From the NCBI RefSeq assembly GCF_009914755.1, contig NC_060929.1: a DNA stretch of 64,000 bases. The stretch is one strand, 5' to 3'. Position numbers and translations under genes: made by a program. Shown one piece after another: positions 1 to 13,528 of this stretch (positions are counted from its first letter, which is position 1; each line of letters starts with the position of its first letter). The notes under the pieces are model-generated. The model was not told where the DNA came from and did not search any database. It saw nothing but the letters and a program-made list of their open reading frames with translations. This stretch comes from the human T2T-CHM13v2.0 reference genome, Homo sapiens.

Positions 1-166
1 CTGTGCTGCAGGGTGCTGTCCTGTATCTTGTAAGATATTTAACATTATTCCTTAGCCTCTACCCAATGAATGCCAGTAGCACGTCCCAGTCATGACAACA
101 AAAAATATTTCCAGATATCACCAAATTTACTCTGGGACATTTGAAACTCTGTAACTGAGAACCACA
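1..166 (-). mobile_element. MER20 (hAT-Charlie) DNA transposon, cut by window start
   Basis: Resembles recalled MER20 consensus (gcctctacccaatgaatgccagtagcac...ccagtcatgacaac...); ends in TIR-like tgagaaccac. Confidence 0.8.
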
Positions 167-314
167 GGCTCATGTACGGCCTTAGAAGGAGGAGTGATGG
201 GCAAAATGCTTAACTCATGGCATAGGCAGCAGCCAATTGGAATGTATGCTGTCTGAAAACGATTGATAAGACTGTTCCAGCACATCCTGAATGAACATCA
301 ACCCTGCTATAGCT

Positions 315-800
315 CATGGTAAAGAGTTTGGATTTTATAATAATAGTGATGGAAAGTTATAGTAGTGCTTTAAGAGAGTAACATGATTCTTTTTTGTTTT
401 CAAAAAGATCATCTTAGCTGTTAAACAGAATAGATTTCATGGCAGGGGCAGGGGCAGGGCAGCTTGAGAGGAAGCACAGAGATTGGTAGGAGGCTATTGA
501 AATCTATGTGCAAAACGTTGACTTGGACTAGGGTGGCAACCATAAAGATGAATCAAAGTGATAAGAATAGATTCTAGAGGTGGGAGGCAAATGAAGAATC
601 AGGGATTATAACGAAGTTTTGGTTTAACAATTGAGTGGATAGTGGTCATTTTAAGATGGGAAGACTAAGAGAAAAACAGATTTTAGAGGAAAAATCAACA
701 ATTCTGTTTCAGGTATGTTAAGTTTCATATGCCTGTGAAACAACTAAATGAAGTTGTCTAGCAGGTACTTGGGTACTTGAGTCTAAAGGACTGTGGAGTG
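315..800 (-). mobile_element. L2 LINE fragment
   Basis: Purine-rich antisense L2 motifs: ggaggctattg, ttggactagggtggca, gatgggaagact, tatgttaagtttcatatgcctgtga. Confidence 0.7.
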
Positions 801-2349
801 GTCAGAGCTCTACATACACATTTTATCATCCCTAGTATACACCATATAAAAACAACTAATATCCAGAAGCCTATGTTCACAAAGGTAATCAACACAAGAG
901 AGGCTACCAACCATTTAAACCGGAGTATCTGTGCATTTTCCAGGGATTAACTTACATATTTCATGCCCTACCTCTTATAACTTCTTTTATCCTCCTTACA
1001 TTTGATAAAGATCAGCCTCGTTTACTCTCAATTAACAATTAGACCTCGCTGCTTAATAGGTTCCTTTTGTCTACTGAAAAATCTTGAGCAAACACCCCTG
1101 TGATCTTTACAAGATCTCCTGAAAATGCAAAATTGAATGTAAATCTATTAGACACTGAGGTGGGGGTAAGAACAGGGAGAAATACTAACAGAAGATATTT
1201 GAGTTACAATATGATTTATTATCCTTAGTCCCAGACAGCTCAGGAACCCTCAATTAAATACCATATATTCTCTCAACATTCAAAACAGTTTATCATCATA
1301 TGTTTCATTTAATATTATTAAATTCCTGATTATACTATTGGTTTTGGAGAACAGGGGTCACTCTATTAGATTCAAACCTGGCTTTAACAGACACCAGCAT
1401 AGACTACTGTTAATAAACTATAAATTATTACATTTAAATAACACATTGTGATTTTCAAGGCACTTTTCATAATGATACATTTTTATTTTCACCACAATTT
1501 TACAACATAGGGAAGGCAGATATTTGGATACCCATTTTTAAATTTAAAAAAGTATTGTTCAACCAGATTACACAATTTTCCCAGGGCCCTACAGCTGGTA
1601 AATATTCAGAAAATAACTGGAACACAAGTACTTTAAAAACTAATCCAGCACTGAAAGAATAGAAAACACTGTGCCAGTGCATTCTACAAGGCAACTCACA
1701 CTATATGTGATGCCAAATGTTAACGGCTCATTTTACTTTTTCCAGAAAATAATCTGAGCTGGTTCTCAACCCAGGCATATTTCCTATGCTCCCTCTATAT
1801 AATATACTTTTCCCACACTTAATAAAATTCTTGTGACTGCCAGCTGGGTTAAACTTGTGAGCTTTCCTTCTGCTTTCTTGGCTTGTCTCTGTTCTACTTG
1901 ATATTATCTTCCTGAGACTTCTTTGATGTCATCCTAACTTTTCCCTGATTATTTCAATCCTACTATGGCTAAAACAGTGCACCAACTATAAAACTGGAAT
2001 TACATTCTTCTTTTCCATGCTTAATGGGTTCTTCCTAACTTTGTTCTCTATTATTAATAAGTCTCTCTTTTTCAAACCCAAATTTTTCATTTTGTACTAA
2101 CAAAATTTTTTTACTAATTTTAAAACTTATATATGATATTGTGGAAAATAACATAAAAGTAAAAAGATAAAAATATAAATTACCCATATTCTCACTAATC
2201 AAAGATGAGGTAAAATTTGATTGCTTTTTTTGTTTCCTATACTGAATGTTTAATTAATGATTTTGAATTTTTTCTTATTAATAGCAAAAGTATTCAAGTC
2301 CATAAATTTTTCTCAAAATACAACTTCAACTACATCTTGTAACCTTGGG

Positions 2350-2920
2350 AGAGAATGATAGGACATGAATTGAGAGAGGTAACATGTACCTGGATCATTT
2401 AGAGCGTTACAAGTGTTAGAACTTTGGCTTTTACCAGATGGAAATAGAGCCACTGGAGAGTTTTGAGCAGAGCAGTGGCGTAATCTAATTTAAAGGCTCA
2501 ATCTGGCTGTTACGTTGAGAACAGCTATAAAGAGGAAAGTGTAGAAGCAGGAAAATATGGAAGGAGGCGATTGCAGTAATAAAGACAAGAGATAAAGATG
2601 AATTGGAGCAGGATGGTAATTCAGAGGTGGTAAAAAAATTAAAAAGACTCTGACTATAATTTAGAGATAGAGACGAGATTTTCTTACGTATTGGCTGAGG
2701 GGTGGAAGAGAAAGAGAAGGACTGAATCTCAAAGTTTCTGGCCTAAGTAATTGTTACCAACTGAGACGGGGAAACGTAAATGTACAGCAGGTTGGGAGGA
2801 AACATATTTTTGATATGTTGCTATCAAACTATCTAATGATCTCCCAGTCAGCAGGAGTGGCTGCATTAGTTTGGAGTGTAAGAGAGAAGTTTAGACCAGA
2901 GACAGGAATTTGGGGATCAG
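2350..2920 (-). mobile_element. L2 LINE fragment
   Basis: gagccactggagagttttgagcagag, ggaggcgattgcagtaat, aagtttctggcctaag. Confidence 0.7.
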
Positions 2921-2931
2921 CAAACTTTTGA

Positions 2932-5900
2932 GAGTGGAACATGATGGCAGAGTAGGACTCTGAAGCAACTGTCTCCCCTCAAAATTACAATTTGAACAAC
3001 AAAATAATAACTAAAAACTTCCCACATCTTGCAACAGTTATAGACATCCAGATATATGCAGCTCAAGAATTCCTAAACAGATTCAGCCCAAAGAACTCTT
3101 CTCCAAGGCATATTATCATCAAACTGTCAAAAGTCAAACACAAAGAGAATTCTGAAAACAGCAAGAGCAAATTGTTAACTCACTTATAATGGAATCCTCA
3201 TCAGACTAACAGTGGATTTCTCAGCAGAAACCTTGTAGGCTGGGAGAGAATAAGGTGATATATTCAAAGTGCTGCAAGAAAAAAAAAATGTCAGCCAAGA
3301 ACACTATACCCAGCCAAGCTATTATTCAAAAATGAAGGAAAAATAAAGTCCTAGACAAGGAAAAACTGAGGAAATTCATCATCACTAGACCAGCACAACA
3401 AGAAATGCTTAAGGCAGTGCTATATCTGGAAGCAAAGGACAATATATAATATCATAAAAACACACAAAAGTATAAAACTAACTGGTAGAGCAAATATACA
3501 AATGAGAAAGAGAAAGGAGTCAAATTTTATTGCTACAAAATAACCACCAACTCATACAAGCAAACAATAAAAGAAGAAGAACAAAACAAAGGATATACAG
3601 AACAATCAAGGAGGACTGCTTGTGGCCAGGAATTTGAGACTAGCCTGGGCTACATAGAAGGATCCCATCTCTACAGAACATTTAAAAATTAGTCAGGTGT
3701 AATGGTGTTTTCCTGTAGTACTAGCTACTTGGAAGGTTAAGGCAGGACAATCACGTGAGCCTAGGAATTCATGACCGCAGTGAGCTATGGCTGTGCCACT
3801 AGAGTCCAGCCTGGGCAACAGCATGAGACCCTGTCTCTAAAAAAAGAAGAAAAAATAAAACTTAAAAAAAGATGAAAAAGAAAACAATTAACAACATAAC
3901 ATGAGCAAGTCCTCATCTGTCAATAACAACCTATGTAAATGGTTTAAATTCTCCAATTAAAAGATATAGACTGGTTGAATTGATTTTTTTAAGACCTAAC
4001 CATATGCTGCCTACAAGAAACTCACTTTAACTCTAAAGACACACATGGACTGAAAGTTTTAAAATGGGAAAAACATATTCCGTGCAAATAGAAACCAAAA
4101 TATATATGCACCCAACACTAGAGCATGTAGATGAATAAAGCAAACATTATTAGACTGAAGAGAGATTTGCATTCCAATCCAATAATAGCTGGGGACTTCA
4201 ACATCCCACTTTCAGTATTGGACAGATCATCTATTCAGAAAATCAACAAAGAAACATCAGACTTAATCTGCCAAGAGACATTTACAAAATATTTTATCTA
4301 ACAGCTGCAGACTACACATTCTTCTCATCAGCACATGGAGCATTCTGTAGGATAGACCATATATTAGGACACAAAACAGGTCTCAATAGATTTTAAAATT
4401 TAAAATTATATAAAGTGTCTTGTAAGACCATAATGAAATAAAACTAGAAATTAATAACAAGAGAAACTTTGGAAACTGTACAAATACATGGAAATTAAGC
4501 AACATGCTCATGGGTCAAGGAAGAAATTAAAGAGGAAATTTAAAAATATTAAAACAAGAAAAAATTAAAATACAACATATCAAAAACCTATGGGGTACAG
4601 CAAAAGCAGTGCTGAGAGAGATGATAGCAATAAATGCCTAAATTAAAAAAGTAGAAAAAATTAAAATAAACAGTCTAAAGATGCACCTCAAATAATTAGG
4701 AAAGGCAAACCCAAAATTAGTAGAAGAGAAATAATAAAGATCAAAATAGGCCTGAATGTAATAGAGGCTAAAAATAAATACAAAGGATCAAGAAAATGAA
4801 AAGTCTTTTTTTAAAAAAGGATAAGTTGATAAACTGCTAGTTACACTGCCAAGAAAAAAAGAGTAAATGTCCAATAAATAAAATCAGAAACACAAAAGAG
4901 GCATTACAACTAATACCACAGAAATACAAAAGATCACCAGGGACTATCATGAACAACTATACACTAACAAACTGAAAAACCTAGAGAAAATTGCTAAATT
5001 CCTGGGCATACAAACCACCAACATTAAACCAGGAAGAAACAGAAATTCTGAACAGACCAATAATGAATAATGAGATGGAAACAGTAATAAAAAAAGTCTC
5101 CTAACAAGGAAAGTCCCAGGACCAAATGGCTTTACTGCTAAATTCTACCAAACTTATAAATAACTAACATCAATTCTTCTCAACTATTCCAAAAACATTG
5201 AAAAGGAGGGAATTTTTCTTAATTTATTTTATGAGATCAGCATTATCCTGACACCAAAACCAGACTAGGCTACAACAAATAAAGAAAACTGCATGCCAGT
5301 ATTCCTGATGAACGTAGATGCAACAATCCTCAAGAAAATACTAGCAAACTGCATCCAACAACGTATCAAAAAGACAACAAACCATGATCAAGTGGAATTT
5401 AGCCAAGGGATGCAAGAATGGTTCAACATGTGCAAACCAGTAAATGTGACACATACATCATTACAAGATGATTATAAAGTTTTGTCCTTCATTCTACTGA
5501 TGTAATAATATATCACATTTATTGGTTTGCACATTATAAATGATCATAAAACAGATTTATTCACGAAGGATGTTGAATTTAATTACTTTTCTTAGAAGAA
5601 AAAGTAATTGAATTCAACATCCCTTCATGATTAAAGCTCTCAACACATTAGGCATCAAAGGAAGCTGATATATGACAAACTCACAGCTAACATCACACAG
5701 AATGAGGAAAAGCTCAAAACCTTTCCTCTAAGAACTGGAACATGACTAGGATGCCCACTTTCAGCACTCTTATTCAACACAGTACTGGAAGTCCTAGACA
5801 CAGCCAGGCAAGAGGAAAAAATAATTGAAAAAGAGGAAGTCAAATTGTTCCTCTTGGCAGATGACATGATCTTATATATAGAAAAACCTGAAGATTCTAC

Positions 5901-6645
5901 CCCAAAACTCTTAGAACTAGTCAACAAATTCAGTAAAGTTTTACGATGCAAAATCAACACACAAAAATCAGTAGTGTTTCTAGACACTAATAAACAACTA
6001 GCTGAAAAAGAAACCCCATTTACTAGAGCTACAAAAAATAAAAATAAAATGCTCAGGAATACACTTAGCCAAGAAAGTGAAAACCTCAAAATTGAAATTA
6101 TAAAATACTGATGAAAGAAACTGAAGACAAAAACAAATGAAAAGATATCCCATGATCCTGGATCAGAAGAATTAATGTTGTTAAAACGACTGTACTACTC
6201 AAAGCAATCTACAGATTCAATGCAATTCCCATCAAAATACCAAAGACATTCCTTATAGAAACAGTAAAAGAATTCTAAAATTCCTGTGGAACCACAAAAG
6301 ACCCCAAATAGTCACAGTAATACTGAGCAGAAAGAACAAATGTGGAGGCACCACACTGTTAGACTTCAAAATATACTACAAAGCTACTGTAACCAAAACA
6401 GCATAGTACTGGCATAAAAACAGTCACAGACCAATGGAACATAATAAAGAACCCAGAAATTAATCTATATATTTTCAGCCAACTGATTTTTCAACAAAGA
6501 CACCAAGAACATACATTGGAGTAAGGACCCTCTCTTAAATAAATGGTGCTGGGAAAACTAGAGTCCATAAACAGAAAATGAAACTAGACCCCTATCTCTC
6601 GCCATCCACAAAAATCAACTCAAGATGGATTAAAGATTTAAAAGT
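2932..6645 (+). mobile_element. Decayed L1 (L1PB/L1MA-age): short 5' end, ORF1 3' half, ORF2 EN/RT; 3' end lost
   Basis: ORF1-like peptide SPRHIIIKLSKVK (2992-3189); RT motif [14 protein letters not shown] (5845-6111); [14 protein letters not shown] (5293-5505); many stops and internal deletions (~3000, ~4100). Confidence 0.95.
3609..3870 (+). mobile_element. 5'-truncated AluJ-like element inside L1 inter-ORF region
   Basis: Alu dimer sequence (gagactagcctgggc...gcagtgagctatg...gagaccctgtctct) with A-rich tail. Confidence 0.9.
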
Positions 6646-6647
6646 AA

Positions 6648-7740
<1,093 letters not shown>

Positions 7741-8953
7741 GATGAGATTAGAAGAAAGAATTAAACCGTTGGTAATTATAAAGTTTAATTTGAATAGAGG
7801 AGTCATACTCAAATTAGAACTGTGCTTGCTAATATCTGACTTTGGTAATTACATTTTTTCTACCTAACTGATTTTCATAGTTTCAGCTGGGTATGGTAAC
7901 CTGTTTTGTGAATATTAAGCCAGCAATTTTCATCATTTATCTCAGAAGTGGTTACATTTTAGGGTGATGGTAATTGTTCCAGAGACACTGAGTCTTTTTT
8001 TGATGTTTCTTATGGGAAAAAACAAGGGGCAACATTTTAAATAACATGCTTATCTCTTATTAAATAAGCAGTAACACAGAGAAAAACACTCCCGATGAAT
8101 GGAGACATTTCTTCTCTAGATTTTCCAGCCAAAATATTGTTCACCAAGCAAAGTTTATTCTGTCTACAAGGTCCAAGTTATTCTAATCTCTAGACCTATG
8201 ATCTTATCACTGGCTGAAAGCTCACAATTCCTGGTGGTTTTACTTTTTTAGAGTCAAAAGTTTTCGGTAACCTCAATTTAGTCTACCAATTAATGAAAGT
8301 AATTTGTCTATACAAATTATTTTTACATAGAACATTAATACTTGAGAAACATCTTAAGAATATTTTTATAATTAATACACTATTTTTGGAGTAATTTTAG
8401 GCTTACAGAAAATTGAGCAGCTATTAGAGATAATTCCCATATACTCCCTCTCTCCTCCAACTCAGTTTCTTCTATTATTAATATCTTGCATTCATGTGGT
8501 ATTTGTTACTATTGATGAACCAATAATGATACATTGTTTTTAACTAAAGTCCATAGTTTAGGGTTCACTTTTGGTTTAACACTGTTTGATGCGTTTTGAC
8601 AAATGTATAATGTCACATATCTATCATGGTAGTATCATAGCTGTATGATAAATAATTGTGTGTAAATATTTTCTGTAAATACTTAGTATTTAGTTTAACT
8701 GGTCAGAAACTGTCAAGTACTTCACCCATTCATCTTTCCTGTCTTCTTCCCAAACCCCTGACAACCACTGATCATTTTACTATCTCTACAGTTTTGCCTT
8801 TTCCAGAATGTCATATCATTGGAATTATATAGTATGTAGGCTTTTCAGGCTGTTTTCTCTCACTAAGCAATATTCATTTAAGGTTCCTCCATGTCATTTT
8901 GTGGCTTGATAGTTCAATTTTCTTTTTATTGTTGAATCATATTCCATTGTATG

Positions 8954-9511
8954 TGAAAGAGCCCCAGGAACTTCATCATAAAATGTGGCTCCATGGTATA
9001 ATGAGTATTTTGAATTAAAGGCCCTTGGAGATCGACAGATGCTAGAAGAGCCTTTCCCTGCTATCTAAATAAAGACAGCAGGAACCCAACAAGGAGAACA
9101 ATTGTTTTTCCTTCCCTTCTCTGTTATCTCATTATCTATTGCAGAAAACAAGACCAAGAATATAACCACACCTGAACAGACCCTTCACGAGACAGTATCT
9201 GTCTCTCAGGCTCATTCAGCTCTCAAAGAGAACCATTTCCAAGTTAACCTCTGTTTCGGGATCCATTTGTCCTCCCTAGTAATCATTTATTGCTCCCAAA
9301 AGAATTACCTGTATTCCCCATATCTCTCTCTCTCTCTCCATTCTGAAATAAGGTTATGTAAGTATCTGAACCCCACTGGGATATCAGGTAATCACTCTGT
9401 AAATTCCCTTATGCACACCAATAAATTTGTATGTTATTTCTCCTATATGCCTTTTGTCAGATGATTTTTCAGCAAAATTGCAGAGGGCAAAATTTTCCGT
9501 TGACCTCTACA
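8954..9511 (+). mobile_element. Solo ERV1 LTR, MER34/MER39 family
   Basis: TG...CA ends, 4-bp TSD tatg/catg, ggtataatgagtattttgaattaaaggccc motif, AATAAA at ~9420. Confidence 0.8.
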
Positions 9512-9722
9512 CATGGGTGTACCATAGTTTGTTTTCCATTCATTTGGGTAAGTACCTAGGAGGGCAGCTGGTAGATCACGTGGTAAGACTGTGTTTAACA
9601 TTGTAAGAAACTACCAAACTCTCTTCCAAAGCACCATTTTGCATTCCAACCAGCAAACGAATGAGAGCTCCTCTCACTCCACATCCTTGCAGATATTTGG
9701 TGTCATCACCATTTTGGATTTT

Positions 9723-11010
9723 TTAAATAAGTATTGATTTTTAATTGTGCTAAAATATTGAAGTAGACTTAATAAAACAGTTAAACCAATAACATAAGGT
9801 AACATTCTTGTATAAATAGCGGTCCATGGAAGACTGAAGAATAGACCGTGGCTTAAATTATTTCTAATTCCAAATATACAGATCATTGATTACAGCTTGA
9901 AAGTACGTTTGCTACTGCATGTAGACAGCAGCATTTTAATTTCACAAGACAGCAAAGTTCAAATCGAAAGAGAACTTCATGATTCAATGTTTTAGTGCTG
10001 TTGGTAAAAAAACCAAGTGAAACAAAACACCAAAGCTAAGAGTACTATATGCATCATAGTTAGACTTAAATCAAATATACACTATTATTAATACATGCAG
10101 AGTATTTTTATATATGACTTTTTAAGGCTTTAATACAAATTGATTGGTTTAATAAAATTAAATACATCTGACCCATTCCTGTGTAAATGTATACAAATAA
10201 AACATAAATCTCTGAAAAGTAATCTGGAAAAGTTTAAGACATGTCTTACATAGTAATATTTATATTGGTTTTTGAAGTGGTAAAGTTGAGATTACTAATT
10301 TATGATAAGAATTAGTAATAACAGTAAAGAATATAATCAAGAAAACAAAGATTAGAGCTCATTTAAAAATTTTTGCTGACCATTTCTTAGTTTTTTTATT
10401 CTTCTAAGTATAAAACATTTATGAATTACAGAGTTCATTTGGTAACCCATCATAAGCCTTGTGATACCACTGTGCTAGTGCCTCATAATATAACCATTGT
10501 TTTATTTGGCTTTTAATATCTGTTGCACATCTAGAGTTTTTTAATTGGTATCTCTATAGAGGCAGGAATTTTGCAATGTGTTTCTTATTGTATTCTAATA
10601 CATGTGGTAAAAGATCAATATTTTTATAGATTCACAAAGAAAAAAGATAAATTTTTTTTGGATTTTGTCAGAACTTTATTACGAAATTGATGGCAAGTAG
10701 CTTTTTAAGAATTATGGACTATATTCAGCTGCAATTAAGCAAATGGAACACAAAATACAATTTTAAGAATACAGACTGATGGAGTGCTTTATAATGATGT
10801 ATCCAAATTACTCTATTTTAATGCAAAATTGCTATGCTTTAATGCTAGTGTACAACATTGCTTGAAAATAAACTAATTTTTACCTTAGATAATAAAGCAT
10901 TTTAGTGATATCACAAATGATATGATCCCCTTTGGCAGAGTTAACTGCTCACTCTACGGGGCTCCCTAAGCTTTTTCCGGGTGCCTTTAGCATATATACA
11001 ATACTTATTA
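9723..11010 (-). other. Orphan insert, probably retrotransposed (3'UTR-like retrocopy or orphan transduction)
   Basis: Flanked by 16-bp direct repeat ca(c/g)cattttggatttt (9707-9722, 11011-11026); host L1 resumes in register; minus-strand ATTAAA at 9740-9745 near a short A tract. Confidence 0.75.
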
Positions 11011-11224
11011 CAGCATTTTGGATTTTAGCTTTTCTAATAGGTGTGTAGTGAACTCACTGCTGTTTTAATTTGCATTTCTCTAAGGATATATGGTTTTTAG
11101 CATCTTTCATGTGCTTATTTGGCATCTAAGTATCTTCTTTGGTGAAGTGTCCATATCTCTTGTCCATTTTTTAAATGAAACTTTTTACTTACTATGTGAT
11201 TTTAATAATTCTTTCTATAGTTTG

Positions 11225-11393
11225 TTTTTTATTATTTTCTTTCCTTTTACAAAAATATATTTTTTAATTTCTTATAGAGACAGAGTTTCATGTTGTTGTC
11301 CAGACAGGGTCTCCAACTCCTGTCTTCAAGCAATCCTCCTGCCTAGGCCTCCCAAAGTGCTAAGATTATAGGCATGAGCCATCACACCCAGCC
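11225..11393 (-). mobile_element. FLAM / Alu left monomer
   Basis: Single antisense Alu arm (gcctcccaaagtgctaagattataggcatgagcc) with T-rich tail. Confidence 0.85.
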
Positions 11394-12604
11394 TCTCTGT
11401 ATACTTTGGATTCAAGTTCCTTCTCAGAAAAGTCTTACAAATATTTTCTCCTAGCCTGTGGCTTGTCTTTTCATTCCCTTAACAGTGTTTTTTTTGCCAA
11501 GCAGTTTTTTAATTTTATGAAGTCTGGCATCAATTTTTTCTTACATAGATTATGTCTTTGATATTGTATTTAAAAACGTATCTTCAAACCCAATGTCTCC
11601 TTGATTTTCTCCTGTTATACTCTGGTACTTTTATAGTTTAATATTTTACTTTGGTCTATGATCCATTTCGTGTTCGTATCTGTGAAATGTGTAAGGACAA
11701 TGTCTAGATTTATACCTATGCATTGGATGTCCAGTTGTTCCAGCAACATTTTTTGAAAAACTATCCTTTCTCCATTGAATTGCCTTAGCTTCTTTGCCAA
11801 AGATCAATTTGCTCTATTTGTTTGGATCCATTTCTGGGCTCTTTTCTGCTCCATTAGCCTACTCGTCTATTCCTTTGCCAATACCATATCATCTTGGTTA
11901 TTATAACTTTATTGTATATCTTCAATAATAATTGTTAAATGCCCTTAATAATAGCACAAATAATCACTATTACTCTAAACTTTTACTTCTATTTCTTAGC
12001 ACATACCAATTCTATTGTAAAATTCTGCTGTTCCTAACCCTCAAGACTATATTTGCTCACTTTATCTACCTTTTTTTCACCTAGAAAACTCCTACTTAAT
12101 AAGACACTTCTTCCAAGAAGTCTTTTAAGTCTGTCCCATGGTGGATGAAGTGTTCCTCTCAAGGGCTTCCATGGAATTCTTTGCTTACTATACCTGTAGG
12201 AATTATTACTATTTTTTTTATATCCCTGTTACCAAGATCAGTGCTGGCACTTGGGCATTTAAACATTGGTTGAGAAAATACTAATGAGTATTTGTTTGTA
12301 TATAAATATAACATAGCTGAAAACTAGGCTAAAGACAACAGTAAGCTAGGAAATTGATTTTGGAAAATGAATGATGACTAGTTGATTAAAAAGCTGGTAA
12401 AAATTAGTAAATGACTACTAAGCTTCCATGGAAAACTTCCATCTTCTGTTTGAACCAATATTTTCTTCATTGATTATTAGTGTTATTCATCTATTTATTT
12501 AAGTTTCTTTATAATGCTGGATTCTGCACTAAATGCTAATAGAATAAAAAAATGAGTAAAATATCTGTCCTAAGCCCATCACAAATAATAATTTTTAAGA
12601 AATA

Positions 12605-13528
12605 ATTTTAACTTTTATTTTTGATTCAGGGGGTATATGTGTAGGTTTGTTACATAGATATTATGTGATGCTGAGATTTGGGGTATGATTGATCCCATCA
12701 CCCAGGTAGTAAGCATAATGCTCAATAGTTTTTCAACCCTTGCCCACATCTCTTCCTCCCCACTCTAGGAGTCACCAGTGTCTCTTAGTATCATCTTTAT
12801 GTCCATGTGTACCCAATATTTAGTTTCCACTTATAAGTGAGAACAAGTGGTATTTGGTTTTCTGTTACTGCATTAATTTGCTGAGATGGCCCCTAGCTAC
12901 ATCCATGTTGCTGCAAAGCACATAATTTCATTCTTTTTCATGGCTGCATAGTATTTCATGTTGTATACATACCACTTTTTTTAATCCGATCCTCTGTTGA
13001 TGGGCACCTTGGTTGACTCCGTGTTTTTGCTATTGTGAGTAACACTACAATAAACATACACGTGAATGTATCTTTTAGGTAGAATGATTCATTTTCCTTT
13101 AGATATATACCCACTAACGGAATTGCTAGGTCAAATGGTAGTTCTATTTTAGTTCTTTGAGAAATCTCCATACTGCATTCCCTTTTCTCTGCAGCCTCAA
13201 CAGCATCCGTTGTTTTTCTAACTTTTTAATAATAGCCATTCTGATTGGTGTGAGTTGGTATCTCATTGTGGTTTTGATTTGCATTTCTCTGATGATTCGT
13301 GATGTTGAGCATTTTTCTTATGTCTGCTGGTCACTTGCAGGTCTTCTTTTGAGAAGTGACTGTACATGTCTTTTGGCCACTTTTTAATGGGGCTTTTTGG
13401 TTTTTGCTTGTTGAATTAAGTCCCTTATAGGGTCTGGATATTAGACCTTTCTCTGATGCATAGTTCGCGAATATTTTCTCTCATTCTGTAGGTTGTCTGT
13501 TTACTCTGTTGATAGTTTCTTTTGCTGC
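12605..13528 (-). mobile_element. L1PA15/16-like 3' fragment
   Basis: Antisense L1 3'UTR (gatcccatcacccaggtagtaagcata) and ORF2 C-terminus ELPFDLAIPLVGIY; internal deletion near 13175. Confidence 0.9.

Larger units (their letters stand above)
8365..11930 (-). mobile_element. Old L1M (L1MC-like) 3' portion, interrupted by an LTR, a 1.29-kb orphan insert and a FLAM
   Basis: Colinear antisense L1 3'UTR/ORF2 motifs in pieces 8365-8953, 9512-9722 and 11011-11930 (cattttgcattccaaccagc, gttttaatttgcatttctcta, ccagttgttccagcaacatt). Confidence 0.85.

Noticed and set aside
441-460. G-quadruplex at (GGGGCA)n
   Set aside because: Only three G-runs of 3 or more; a short simple repeat within L2.
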